Origin: Octopus sinensis
Taxonomy: Eukaryota
Length of the DNA stretch: 64,000 bases
Assembly (NCBI RefSeq): GCF_006345805.1
Contig: NC_043020.1
Coordinates: 20,522,001 to 20,586,000, forward strand
Direction of reading: 5' to 3'
Positions 12,208 through 24,508 of this stretch are shown here, piece after piece. The notes under the pieces were generated by a model. The model was given only the letters and a program-made list of their open reading frames with translations. It searched no databases and had not been told where the DNA came from. How positions within the stretch are numbered: position 1 is the first letter of the stretch; every line of letters starts with the position of its first letter. The position numbers were made by a program, and so were the translations under genes.

Positions 12208-14491
12208 TCAAGTTTTCAAATGAAATGGAATTTAAAACAAATACAAATGACCTGAAGGTGTAAACTTTCCACTGAGCCCAGGTCCCTATTCACAGTCAAA
12301 AGAAGACAGAGGTATATCACTGCTATCAACTGATGATGCTTTATTTGTATCTTTATTCCAGCAGTTCACAATGAAGTGCAATGGAATGGTCAGTTCTCTG
12401 TGAAAACAAGACTACAGATTAAGATTTTTGGATTCAAGCCTCAGTTGGAATCATTTTACTTATATTTCTGATCCTATTGAGAAACTCCCCACATAAATCC
12501 ATTCATAAGAATCACAAAATTCATTATTTAGAAAGAAAAAAAAAAAATTATCCTCAATCAGAAAAAGATAATGATGTTAGCAGTGATGATCCAATGAAGA
12601 CAATAGTTAAAATGAAGGAGGAGGAGGTTTGAGTTTACCATACTGCTATTCAGACACCAACTATTCTTTTACAATTGAATATATACACACCACAAATCTA
12701 AAAGATGAAAACGATAATAATCACAAGAATGAAGGGAGATTAGTGGCCACCTGCTTCATCTAAAGGAACTTCAGTGAGCAAAAAGAAAAGTGAGATATGT
12801 AGTTATGGACAAAAATATCTAAGATTTTAGAACATAGTCCCCTTCTCCTACCCCAGCATGCCACAGCACAGCCATACAACACAGACTGGCAGACAGTAAA
12901 TCAGTGACATATGATCGGGATATTTACACAACACCATGTCCTATCTCCTTCATTTTAAATATACCTGTCAGACACTACTACTGTTACCTATACGGTTTTT
13001 ACCTCACACCTTAAACATTCTTGTCTTTTCAATGCCCACCTTACCTAATCACCTCCCACCTCTGCAACTAGTCCCTCCCATCTCACCTACATCTCCCATG
13101 AAACATTAACTTCTAACAGTTCTCCTTAAACATCAATACAAACAACCAGTCAACCATCATCCCTTTCACAGTAGGTTATCAATGTGTTTACCAGCAAGTA
13201 AAATAAAATAAACAAAATATTTAAACCAATAATGTCTTATCTCAGAACCAGAAGAAGAAAAACAACACAAGGTAGAAATGAGTTTCTAGTGGACTGATTC
13301 TGTGATACAGTTTCCATTGTTAATTTCATTTCACATATATCACCAATTACCCCTCTGGAAAGGCTTGAGTACCATAATCTCTTTGTCTTCTTATCCCCAC
13401 CCTACTTAAAAAAACAAACAAACACAAAAAACAAGCAAACTGCCTTTAAATTAGACCTTACATCTTAAAAAAGAAAAGGGTATATGAGATAATGTAGTTC
13501 TGCAAACCCCTAAAAAGATAGGACAGTCACAGCTGGATTGCTTTGATTTATAGGTCCAGCTTGATGAAAGTTGACAAGGGATAAACAACAACAGCAACTT
13601 GCCTTTCACACACTTTAAGAAAAAAGACAAGTTTTGAATGTGGACTACACCAAATTAAGGGTTACAAGGAAAGTATGTAGACCATGTGGCCAATTCACAA
13701 ATGTAAGACTTCAAATTCACTTCCATTCACTTGGTTGTTGTAGAAAGACTGATCAACTGTTCAAATAGAGAGAAATAGTTGGAACTGGCGCCTTCTCTCC
13801 AATGTTTTCATGCTTGGATGAGTCCCGTCAACATATAGTAAAAAGAAGATTGTTGTGTTTACTGAATTCTATAAATAGTTGTCTGGAATTGGTTGAAAAA
13901 TTGTTTTTCTATTGTTTCCCTAGTTTACCCTCCTCACCACTACACTTCTTACCATTCTTTTCTTAGAATGGCAAGAACAGGATTTTCTTAACATAATTTT
14001 AGACCATATATTTGAGACACCTTAATAGTACACTGGGGAGACTGTTATCAAAGAAACAACAACAACACAATTTTTCTATATGCTACAAAGAGAACAGATG
14101 AGGGGACCTTGCAAGGACAAATTAGAAAGACAATGGGGATTTACACAGAATCAATTATAAAGAAAGCAGACATGGAAAACAGTAATAATTACTGTTTCTT
14201 CCATAGGCATAAAGTCTATGATTTTTAGGAGAGTATAATGGAAATTTCTGATGTGGAGAAGAAAGAAATATATATATAAGACGAGGTGAATGAAATGGTA
14301 CTAGTGTACAATTGAAACTGGTATTAGATTTCCAAGAATTTATTTCTACTGCAAAGCTCTCATTACAATAATAATGATGATGATTGCTTTTGAATGCAGA
14401 ATATTGGAAGAAATAAAAAATTAGTGAAATTGCAGTATGCATACTTGCCTTTCTATATTCTGAGTTTAAATCCTGCTAGAGTCAATTTTAA

Positions 14492-14799
14492 CCCCTTACC
14501 CAACAATTATTTTGAAAATAAATGTATTTTTTCAGACATATTTTTTAATTGTTTTATTTTACTATGTTTTGAATGGTGATTTCGAGGTATATTTCAAACC
14601 TTATTTATTATGAATTTTAATTCAATAATATTGATTTTAAATTACCGCTTTGGGCAGAAACGAGTTAACCCGTTTTAAGACGAAGGAACTCATTTGCTGT
14701 CGATTTTGGCGAGTCTATCTTTTGACGAGTTAACTCGCCAGAGATAGAAAAAAACGATTTCGGTCAAAACGCATATATTCGTTTCTGCCGGGTAAGGGG
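14492..14799. mobile_element. piggyBac-like MITE (308 bp)
   Basis: TTAA at 14488-14491 and 14800-14803; 10-bp TIR CCCCTTACCC/GGGTAAGGGG; CpG-rich right half. Confidence 0.75.
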
Positions 14800-14858
14800 T
14801 TAATTTTCATCTCTCCAACATCAATAAAATAGTACTTGATATGTATTAAAAGAGTCAA

Positions 14859-14860
<2 letters not shown>

Positions 14861-14898
<38 letters not shown>

Positions 14899-14974
14899 TT
14901 ATAGATATATATATATATATGTATAGATATTATAGATATATATAGGTATATATATATATATAGGTATATATATA

Positions 14975-15031
<57 letters not shown>

Positions 15032-16022
15032 GATATATATATATATAGATAGATATATATATATATATTAATATATTATAATATATATATATAGATAATA
15101 TAATATATATATAGATATAATATAATATTATATATAGAATATATATATAATATATATAGATATATATATATATATATATAGATATTATATATATTATAGA
15201 TAGATATAGATAATAATATATATAGATATATATATATATATATATATAGATATATATATAATATATATAGATATATAATATATATATATATATTAGATAT
15301 ATATATATATATAATATATTATAGATATATATTATATATATATATAGATATATATATATATTATATATAGATATATATATATATATATATATAGATATTA
15401 TATATATTATATAAGATATAATATATATATATATATATAGATATATATATATATATATATATAGATATATATTAATATATATATATAGATATATATAATA
15501 TATATAGATATATATAGATATATATAGATATATATATATATATATAGATATATAATATATATATAGATATATATCTATATATATATATATAGATAATATA
15601 TATATAGATATATATATATATATATATTATATAGATATATATATATAATAGATATATATAATATATATAGATATATATAGTATATAGATATAGATATATA
15701 AGATATATATTATAGATATATATAATATACATATAATATATTATATATATATATATAATATATATATATATATAGATATATATATTTATAAGATATATAT
15801 ATATAGATATATATTAGATATATATAATATAGATATATATATATAGATATAATATATCGATATATTATATAGATTATATATATATATCATCTATAATATA
15901 TATATAATAGATAATATATTATATATATACATATTCTATATATATATATACATATATAATAATATATTATAGATATAGAGTATAATATATATATATATCT
16001 ATATATATATATATATATAGAT
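14861..16022. repeat. Long (TA)n/(TAGA) compound microsatellite
   Basis: Directly visible, about 1.16 kb. Confidence 0.97.
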
Positions 16023-16201
16023 AAGAAGTTTGTTTGGTAAAGCACGTGGGTGAATATATAAGAAAAATAGTAAAGTGTGAAAAACGACAGAAGGCTTAAT
16101 GTTAAAATATATATATTTGTGTCAAAATGTCTGGAGAATATTGGAAAAATTTTTTTCCTTTCCTTAAATGACATAATTTTAAAATTTTTAAGAAATTACC
16201 G

Positions 16202-17840
16202 ATGCTGCCAAAAATTCATAAAAGTCATTATAAATGAAACCATTAAAAAATCACCAAAGACATACATACACCCACCTAATCCGGGGGACCTAAAACTACG
16301 ACCCATTGTAGCTGGCCCAACCTGTGAAACACACAGACTAAGTCTACTTATGGACATCCTCTTGAAACCCTTCTAAACTATCGATAGCCATATCAGAGAT
16401 GACTTAGATATGTTAAACCACCTTCCAAAAAAACCAAGGAAGAAACAATCCTGGTTTCATTTGATGTAGTCAACTTGTATACCAGTATACCTCATAATTA
16501 TGGACTGGAGGCAATACAATTCTGGTTAGACCAATTTCCGGAAGAAATACCAAAAAGGATCAGTAAAGAATTCATTACTAAATCAATTGAATTCATCCTA
16601 CACAATAACCACTTCATGTTTGACATACATTTTATTTTACCGTCAAAAATCCGGAATTGCTATGGGTACAAGGGCAGCACCAGTCATTGCGAACTTAACA
16701 ATGGATACATGGAAATAATCATTTACCAGGAATCTCTATCAATCTTTGGAAACTCCCTCTCTCAATACAAAAAGAGAATTGGAAACGATTCCTAGACGAT
16801 TGTTTCATTCTCTGGAATGAAAACATAGATAAACTCCTAAAATTTAAAAACCTATTGAACAGCATAAACCCAAATATACAGTTCACAATGGAATACAACC
16901 AAAGGAGCTCCCGTTCTTGGATATACTAATTAAAAAATTAACCTTAAAATAGAAACAGACATTTTTTACAAAGCCACAGACGCCAAACAATACCTTCTTT
17001 TTAATTCATGCCACCCAAGACACACTAAAACAAACATCCCCTTCAACCTTGCAAGAAGGATATGCACAATAGTGTCAGAACAAAATACCAGGAACTTTAG
17101 ACTGCAAGAACTCAAAAACCCTAATTGACAGACATTACCCAGCTCAACTCATAGAGGATGGGATCAGACGTGCAACAAAATCAACATAGAAACTTTAAGA
17201 AAAGTTCAACACAACAACACACCTTCCCCGAAAATACTACCTTACATATCTACATACAACCCCAGAAACAAGAAGCCTTCACCATCATCACCCAGAATTT
17301 ACCAATACTTCATAAAAACCCAAAATTAAAGGAAATTCTAAACATACACCCAATCATTAAAAGCTACAACAGCCTAAATCACTTAAAAAGATTCTCACAA
17401 AGGCAAAATTGTCTTCTAAAATACGGATGCAAAAGTAAAAAATGTGGTAGATCGAACTGTGCAACATGTCCTAACCTATTGGAAGGATCAGAATTCTTCT
17501 TTAAAGAGGGACAGAAATTTAAGATCAAATCTAACTTTACTTGTGCCTCTGAAAACATAATTTATGTTATTAAATGCTCGGGCTGCCACCAAGACTACGT
17601 GGGTTCCACGGGACTATCACTCAGGCGCAGATGCACACTGCATCGACAACAGATTGCATTCCCAGAATATAGAATGATACCTTTTAGTGAGCACATTGAG
17701 AAATGCGCAAAGCAACTACTGCCACAATTTTTAATCTTCCATTTTACCAATGTGCTTTCGGATCATCAACACAAATGAGACTGAACAAGGAAACATTCTT
17801 CATTGAAAAGTACAAACCCAGACTCAACCATCCGAACATA
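16202..17840 (+). pseudogene. PLE RT-GIY-YIG ORF (partial, broken by many single-base indels)
   Basis: Continuous translation recoverable by frame corrections, mostly at homopolymers; ORF-track pieces 16077-16376, 16475-16795 and 17158-17778. Confidence 0.9.
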
Positions 17841-17994
17841 CTGACACAGAGAAATTAACAAGGAAATGGAAAAAAAATTTTTTAAGCGATTATCTCCCCT
17901 ACACCGGAAAAAATCACTCACTACCTCCCCTTATTTAGAAATCTCCTGGAAATAAAAACAACGATAATTCCATGCAATATAAACATAATCACAC

Positions 17995-18031
17995 AGAAAT
18001 TTGAAAGCTACACGCGAAACCGGTAATTTCT
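17995..18031 (+). ncRNA. Minimal type-I hammerhead ribozyme in the PLE 3' region
   Basis: Stem I AGAAAT(17995-18000)/ATTTCT(18026-31); core TTGAAA; stem II GC-TACAC-GC; GAAA; palindromic stem III ACCGGT; GUA cleavage triplet. Confidence 0.7.
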
Positions 18032-18164
18032 TTAAAAATTTTAAAATTATGTCATTTTAAGGAAAGGAAAAAATTTTTCCAATATTCTCCAGACATTTTG
18101 ACACAAATATATATATTTTTTAACATTTAAGCCTTCTGTCGTTTTTTCACACTTACTATTTTCT

Positions 18165-18171
18165 TATATAG

Positions 18172-18214
<43 letters not shown>

Positions 18215-18664
18215 ATTATATATATATATAATAGATATATATATATAGATTATATATATATATATATATATAATATATATATATATTATATATAGATATA
18301 ATATATATAATATATATATAGATATATTATATATATATATATAATATATATAGATATATATATATATATATATATTATATATAGATATATATATATATAT
18401 ATATATATATAGATATATAATATATATATATATATATATATAGATATATAATATATATATATATATAGATATATATATATATATTATATATATAGAATAT
18501 ATATATAGAGATATATATATATATATATATATATTATAGATATATATATATTATATATATATTATATATATATATATATATATAATATATATATATATAT
18601 AGATATATATATATCTATATATATATATATATAGATATATATATAGATATATATATATATATAT

Positions 18665-18696
<32 letters not shown>

Positions 18697-18749
18697 TATA
18701 TATATATATAGATAGTATTATAGATATATATATATAGATATATATATAG

Positions 18750-18808
<59 letters not shown>

Positions 18809-18835
18809 ATATATATATATATATAATATAGATAT

Positions 18836-18877
<42 letters not shown>

Positions 18878-18902
18878 TATATATATATATATAGATATAT
18901 AT

Positions 18903-18941
<39 letters not shown>

Positions 18942-18955
18942 TATATATGAATATA

Positions 18956-18998
<43 letters not shown>

Positions 18999-19006
18999 AA
19001 GATATA

Positions 19007-19051
<45 letters not shown>

Positions 19052-19084
19052 TAGATATATATTATATATATATATATATATATA
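18165..19084. repeat. Long (TA)n compound microsatellite
   Basis: Directly visible. Confidence 0.97.
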
Positions 19085-19592
19085 AAAGATAGATGGCATG
19101 ACAGGCCTCGACTATTGGGTCGACTAGAAAAGCTAAACTCTATTCTCTCCAACGTCGTCGTGAGCGCTACATCATCTGCATGATGTGGAAAATTTCCATC
19201 AGCATTGCCCAAATGATGTTGGCATCACCTTTAGTACATCCAAGCTTGGGCCCCGTGCCATCCGCCCAAAACAAAAATCGCACTCTCATCTCATAACAAC
19301 AATACGGCACAATTATTTCACCTCAATGGCCCCGCTCTCTTTAACATTACACCAAAACACATTAAAACAGAAACTGACCCTATAGGGTTCAAGAAGTCTT
19401 TGGACAGATTCCTTCAAGAAATCCCGGATAAACCCCCTACACCCGGATATGTCTCTGTAAACAATAACTCTCTACTTGAGTGGGCCATAGTGCCCAAATT
19501 CTGACTTGAAAGACTTCACCAGGTGGTGCTATTAAGTTAGACATGGCCTGGGCCAATAATGGCCGAAACCTATCAAGTATCAAAGTATCAAA
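19085..19592 (+). mobile_element. CR1-group LINE 3' end (ORF2 C-terminus + 3' UTR)
   Basis: LDYW.RLEKL.LYSLQRRRERY ... FKKSLDRFLQEIPDKP..PGY...NNSLLEW* with indels; (TATCAAAG)n-like tail. Confidence 0.8.
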
Positions 19593-20244
19593 TTATATAT
19601 AATATATATAGATAGATATATATATATATAGATATATATATATATATATATATAGATATATATATATAGATATATATAGATATATATATATAGATATAGA
19701 TATATATATATAGATATATATATAAGATATAGATATATTATATAGATATATATATATATAGATATATATATATAGATATAATATAGATATAGATATATAT
19801 ATATAGATATATATATAGATATATATATATATATAGATATATATATCTAGATTATATATATAGATATATATATATAGATATAGATATAATATATATATAT
19901 AGATATATATAGATATAAGATATATTATATAATATATAGATATTATATATATATATAGATTATATATATATATATATAGATATCTATATATATATATATA
20001 GATATATATATATAGATATATATATATATATATATATAGATATATATATATATATAGATATATATATATAGATATATATATATATAATATGATATATATA
20101 TATAGATATATATATATAGATATAGATATATAGATATAGATATATAGATATAGATTATAGATTATATATATAGATATATATATATAGATATATAAACAGA
20201 TATAGATATACAGATATAGATATACATATATATATATATATTAT

Positions 20245-20279
<35 letters not shown>
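19593..20279. repeat. (TA)n/(TAGA) compound microsatellite
   Basis: Directly visible. Confidence 0.97.
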
Positions 20280-20334
20280 CAAAGGCGAAAAACTGATGTC
20301 AATTGAATTTGAACTTAGGATATTAATATCAACA

Positions 20335-20655
20335 TTATTTATCATTATCATTTAATGTCCACTTTTCCATGCTGACAAGGGTTGGATAGTTTGACAGGAG
20401 ATGGCCAGCTGAAGAACTGCCCAGGTTCTATATGTCCGTTTTGGCTTGGTTTCTACAGCTGGATGTCCTTCCTGATGCCAACCATTTTACAGAGTGTACT
20501 GGGTGCCTTTACACAGGTGCATTTACACGGTACAGGTGTTTTTTATGTGGCACCAGCCACCCACAAACCCACAAGATCAGACATACTCAGCTGGAGAAGG
20601 ATGCAGGGGCCAAGCCTGTTTGCAATGACAATCACGCTTTTACTTAGCTTGATGT
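20335..20655 (-). mobile_element. Degenerate RTE 3'-UTR fragment
   Basis: CATTTAATGTCCACTTTTCCATGC...CAGCTGGATGTCCTTCC similar to 27590-27780. Confidence 0.7.
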
Positions 20656-20683
20656 GTCTTTTCTTTTATTATAAATTATTATT

Positions 20684-20895
20684 AAGGTAGCAAGCTGGCA
20701 TAATTATTATAGTATCAAACAAAATGTTTAGTAGCATTTCTTCTGGCTCTTTGCATTCTAAGTTTCAATTTCCCTGAGTTTGCTTTTCATCCTTTTAGGG
20801 GTTGATAAAATAGGTACCAGTTGAGTACTGGGATTGATGCAACTGACTTACACTTCCCCTAAAATTGCTGGCCTAGTACCAATTTGAAGCTATTA
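20684..20895 (+). mobile_element. tRNA-derived SINE, degenerate
   Basis: Homologous to 4601-4818. Confidence 0.6.
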
Positions 20896-21212
20896 TCATC
20901 ATCACCATTCTCATCCTTAATATCTGAGTGAACAGACATTCTGCAAGCATGTCCCTGTAAATTGGAGAAGGACAGCTAAAAGAAGGCAGCACTTGTCTTA
21001 GTGGTCAACATGACTGTAGTTTTTGTGAGTTTTCCACAAGTAGCTCTCAGAAGTTTCACCACTTTTAGAAAGTTTCTTTGCTTAAAATTTTTTTTTTTTT
21101 TGTAATTTCTCATTTACACATTTCTACTTATGTAATCCCACACTATATCACCCAATACAATCCTTGATCTTTTTGTCAACTCTTGTGGTTAATAAAGAAA
21201 GCATTATTATTA

Positions 21213-21752
21213 TTGAGTGAGAGAGTAGTGTGTGCCATCAAAGTGACATTGGGGTACAAATATACAAAGCCCAATATACCCATCATGACTACCTGTCTGA
21301 TAAGGGTACACCAGGCACATGCATCACAACCATATGTGCACATGGTGATCTCATATCAAGACAAACAGTGGATGACCTTGCAGGTTGGGCCCAGTTAGAA
21401 TTTTCTTCAGGTTGAGTAGCCCATCCTACTCAAAAGGTCCTTGAATAAGGTTTGTTTAAGGATGATGAACAAAACACCCATGTTTCCAGAGGTGAATTAT
21501 TCAAACTCCAAAGAATTCCTTTCGGTACATGGTTATGATGCTCCCTGACTACTTCTGATCAGACAGAGATGCACATATCATCAGCCACTAAGGGACATGC
21601 TCAACTGGTTGAGGTCAAACAACTGACAAACAAATTTGTGGTATTGAGCAGAATATTTGCTGTTGCCCATCTTTTATACCAAGACAAAACAATGTACATG
21701 ATAACACTTCCAATCAGTTAAGATCAAAAGCCATGAGAGCCACTGCCTGGTA
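21213..21752 (-). mobile_element. About 540-bp non-coding interspersed element with (TAA)n tail
   Basis: Second copy in opposite orientation at about 50252-50685; both copies bounded by TAA/TTA tracts. Confidence 0.75.
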
Positions 21753-21775
21753 TCTATTATTATTATTATTATTAT

Positions 21776-22865
21776 CTTCTTTCTATGACATGTGGGTAAA
21801 TCTTAATTTCCAGTTTTTCTTTACTTGAAAGCAGGTAATAACAAATTACCAAAGGTTTCAAGTAAAGCTTTCTTCTGTGTCTCAAAGATACTGCCTGTAT
21901 ACTTAGAATATAAGCTGTACCAACAAAGCTGTTTCCAGGATCACTTTCAAGCTTAATAGCAACTCCAATATTCTCGTTGTGTTTTTCAAACCTCTAAGGG
22001 GTTGCTCCCAATTCTCCAATTACTACCAGTATCACAATCACTTTCTTCATGCCCCAAAGCTTTCCACCCTAACTCATCCCTGCGTTGTTGGTATTTCTCT
22101 ATCTTTTCTAGTTCTTTATCTTTCACCTTTGAATCACCTACTATCACAACATGAATGAACCTAGCCTCTTTTTCATCTTTATCAATGAGCACAATATCTG
22201 GTCTTCTTGACTTTATGACTAGGTCAAATTGTATATTAATATCCCAGAAGATTTTATATTGTTAATTTTCCAGCTCTGGCTTGTGCTCATACCACTGCTC
22301 AAGTCTCTCAAAGTTTGCTTTATCACACAGCTGCCAATGAACTATGTTGTCCTTTTATATTTATGCTGTGTCAGCTTACTGCACTCATGTGGCTAATGCT
22401 TTCTTCTTTTTTGTAACACATTCTACATAGTGGGGAGTCAATACTTTTATCAATATGATACTTGGGGTAATTTGTTCTGAGAGCCTACTCTTGAGTGCCA
22501 CAAACTAATGCCTCAGTACAGCCTTTTAGGTTTTCCTTTGCAGCCATTACCAAGTCTAATTCCAGTCAATCTCATCTTTATCCTTCAAGAACTGGTGGCA
22601 TTTTCTTGTCAGGCCAAGCTTTCTCCTGTTTTTTCTGGACTTTTTAAAATTGTTTTGAGTCTACTGCATCATTCACTTTTAAGGTTCCCTGAAGTTTCAC
22701 TGCTTTAATCATTTCTTCTTTACTACCCTTGAGATACAATGCAAGGCTGTTCTCTTCTTGTATTACATAACTCTCACTGCTCACTAATTCCTTTCCACAT
22801 GTTTTCCTCTTTACATACAATCATACCACATCACTCTTTGAGTTTATTTAGTTCCTCATCCCTTA
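21776..22865 (-). mobile_element. R4/Dong-like non-LTR retrotransposon 3' fragment (CCHC + RLE endonuclease)
   Basis: SPLCRMCYKKEESISH...CSKL zinc knuckle (about 22375-22430); RRPDIVLIDKDEKEARFIHV..GDSKVKDKELEKIEKYQ RLE motif (second D changed to H); (TAA)n on both flanks. Confidence 0.8.
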
Positions 22866-24411
22866 TAATAATAATAATTATTATTATTATTTACCTCTTA
22901 TAATGTGCTTCTCTCTTTGAGATACTTTACTGAAGCATTATCAAATGAAAATTTTCTTTGGAATACTTGTAAAAAGACCGAGATCATACTGGGATGGTGT
23001 CTTCAAGTTTTGCTTTCAATCTCAACTTGTCAAACAACCATATCAGCCTTTGTTCATGGATATAACTCAACATAATACTTTTGTTTGACACATGGCATAT
23101 TCTCAATTTCCATCTACCAAATTCCACTCAAGTGGCACTGATAAACCAAAGGCTAAGGTAAAAATCACTACCTAAAGTGTCATAGTGTGGGATCAAACCT
23201 TGAACCATATGGTTGCAGAACAAAGAAAATAGAGTACCAGTCGAGTACTGGAATAATTTAAGTGACTATACCTTTTCCTTCTGCCAAAAAATTATGGAAT
23301 TGTGCCACTGTTAGAAATCAATATTATTACCATCATCATCATTAGCTTGCCATTGTATTACCCCTACTCCTCTTTCACACACATGCATGTAAACACATAC
23401 ACACAAGCATGCATGTAAACACACACACACAAACACTTGCTCATATAAAGTTATGTATGTGTGTATGTTAATCAAGTCAGTGAGTCAAAAAAGAACTCAT
23501 TTACTCATCAGTTATCACACTATAGCCTCCAGGTCATCTCAGCATGGCAGGAATGGATAGCTGTTCCATCTGTTCTCTCAACACCATTTCAATCTGGTCT
23601 TCTTTCATCAAACATTTAACTTCACCTTTCCCTGTATTAATGTGGCAGGTAAAGAGTGGAGGATAGGGAGGGGGCTGCAGTAAGCTGAATCTATGATCCA
23701 GTTTCAGTTTCTGCTTACACATTGCCAATACCTTTGAGAATAATTATCTCATTTCCTCTGAAATTGAAATACAGATTCCTCAGTTGAAATGGTGGACATC
23801 TCTTGCTTGTATATTTCTTTTATCAATTTTATATCACAATTTGTGAAGAACAGCATTGTTGATTACAAGTTTCCAATTCACTAATCACTGAGTCACTGTA
23901 TTTCTTCTGCAGGTGAGAATGGCAAGGAAGTTGTCTATAACTTCATAAAGAACTGGTTTTTCAGTGTTCTCTTGCAATATTTTCTTAGTAGATTAAAATT
24001 CATTAAAAAAATTCCCCCACCAAAATACAAGTACCAACAACAACAGTTTATTGCCAGGAATGAAACTGCTAAGGATTAATCATAAACAAACCTAAAGATC
24101 AATTCCTCAGTAATGAAAATAACCATCTTATTTCTCCACCTTTGTAGGGAAATAAGATTGTCCCGTATGTAATTTTTTTTTATTGCACACTTGACAATTC
24201 TTAGATTCCAAAATCTTGATTATTTTCAAAATCAATTGAAACAAATCAGTGTATTTAATTAGAAATATGCCCAGCACTGAAACTGACTGGTGCTTATTTC
24301 ATCATCATTGAAAGAACGAAAGATAGTTATGAATAAATCTTTATAACTGCAGTCATCGCCCTCCCTGGTGTTAGGGGTTCATATCTTGCTGGAATAGGGA
24401 AAGCTATTATA

Positions 24412-24508
24412 TATTATCTTATAGTCCAGAACAATATGATCAGATACATCAAGTATGTTTGCCTCACTTTCTGTATCTGATCATAGTGTTCTGGGAAATG
24501 AGTTATGA
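24412..24508 (+). ncRNA. Candidate pri-/pre-miRNA hairpin
   Basis: 23-bp upper stem with one mismatch (24426-24448/24472-24494), AAGT/ACTT apical pairs, 11-nt loop, imperfect basal stem of about 11 bp with G-U pairs. Confidence 0.4.

Larger units (their letters stand above)
16054..18170 (+). mobile_element. Penelope-like element (probably Neptune type), 5'-truncated, with inverted terminal copy of its 3' tail
   Basis: RT motifs MLPKIHK, LRPIVAG, VSFDVVNLYTSIP, GIAMGTRAAP, WKRFLDDCF (16789-16800), ELPFLDI, YLLFNSCHP; linker CGRSNCATC; GIY-YIG IIYVIKC...YVGSTG..LRRRC; 16054-16201 is an inverted near-copy of 18021-18170. Confidence 0.93.

Noticed and set aside
19547-19572. GGCC..GGCCGAAAC as a hammerhead half
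   Set aside because: No CUGANGA upstream; more likely a LINE 3' stem-loop
11036-20279. [10 protein letters not shown] ORFs in the track
   Set aside because: Read-through of (TA)n microsatellites, some spanning the N gap; not genes
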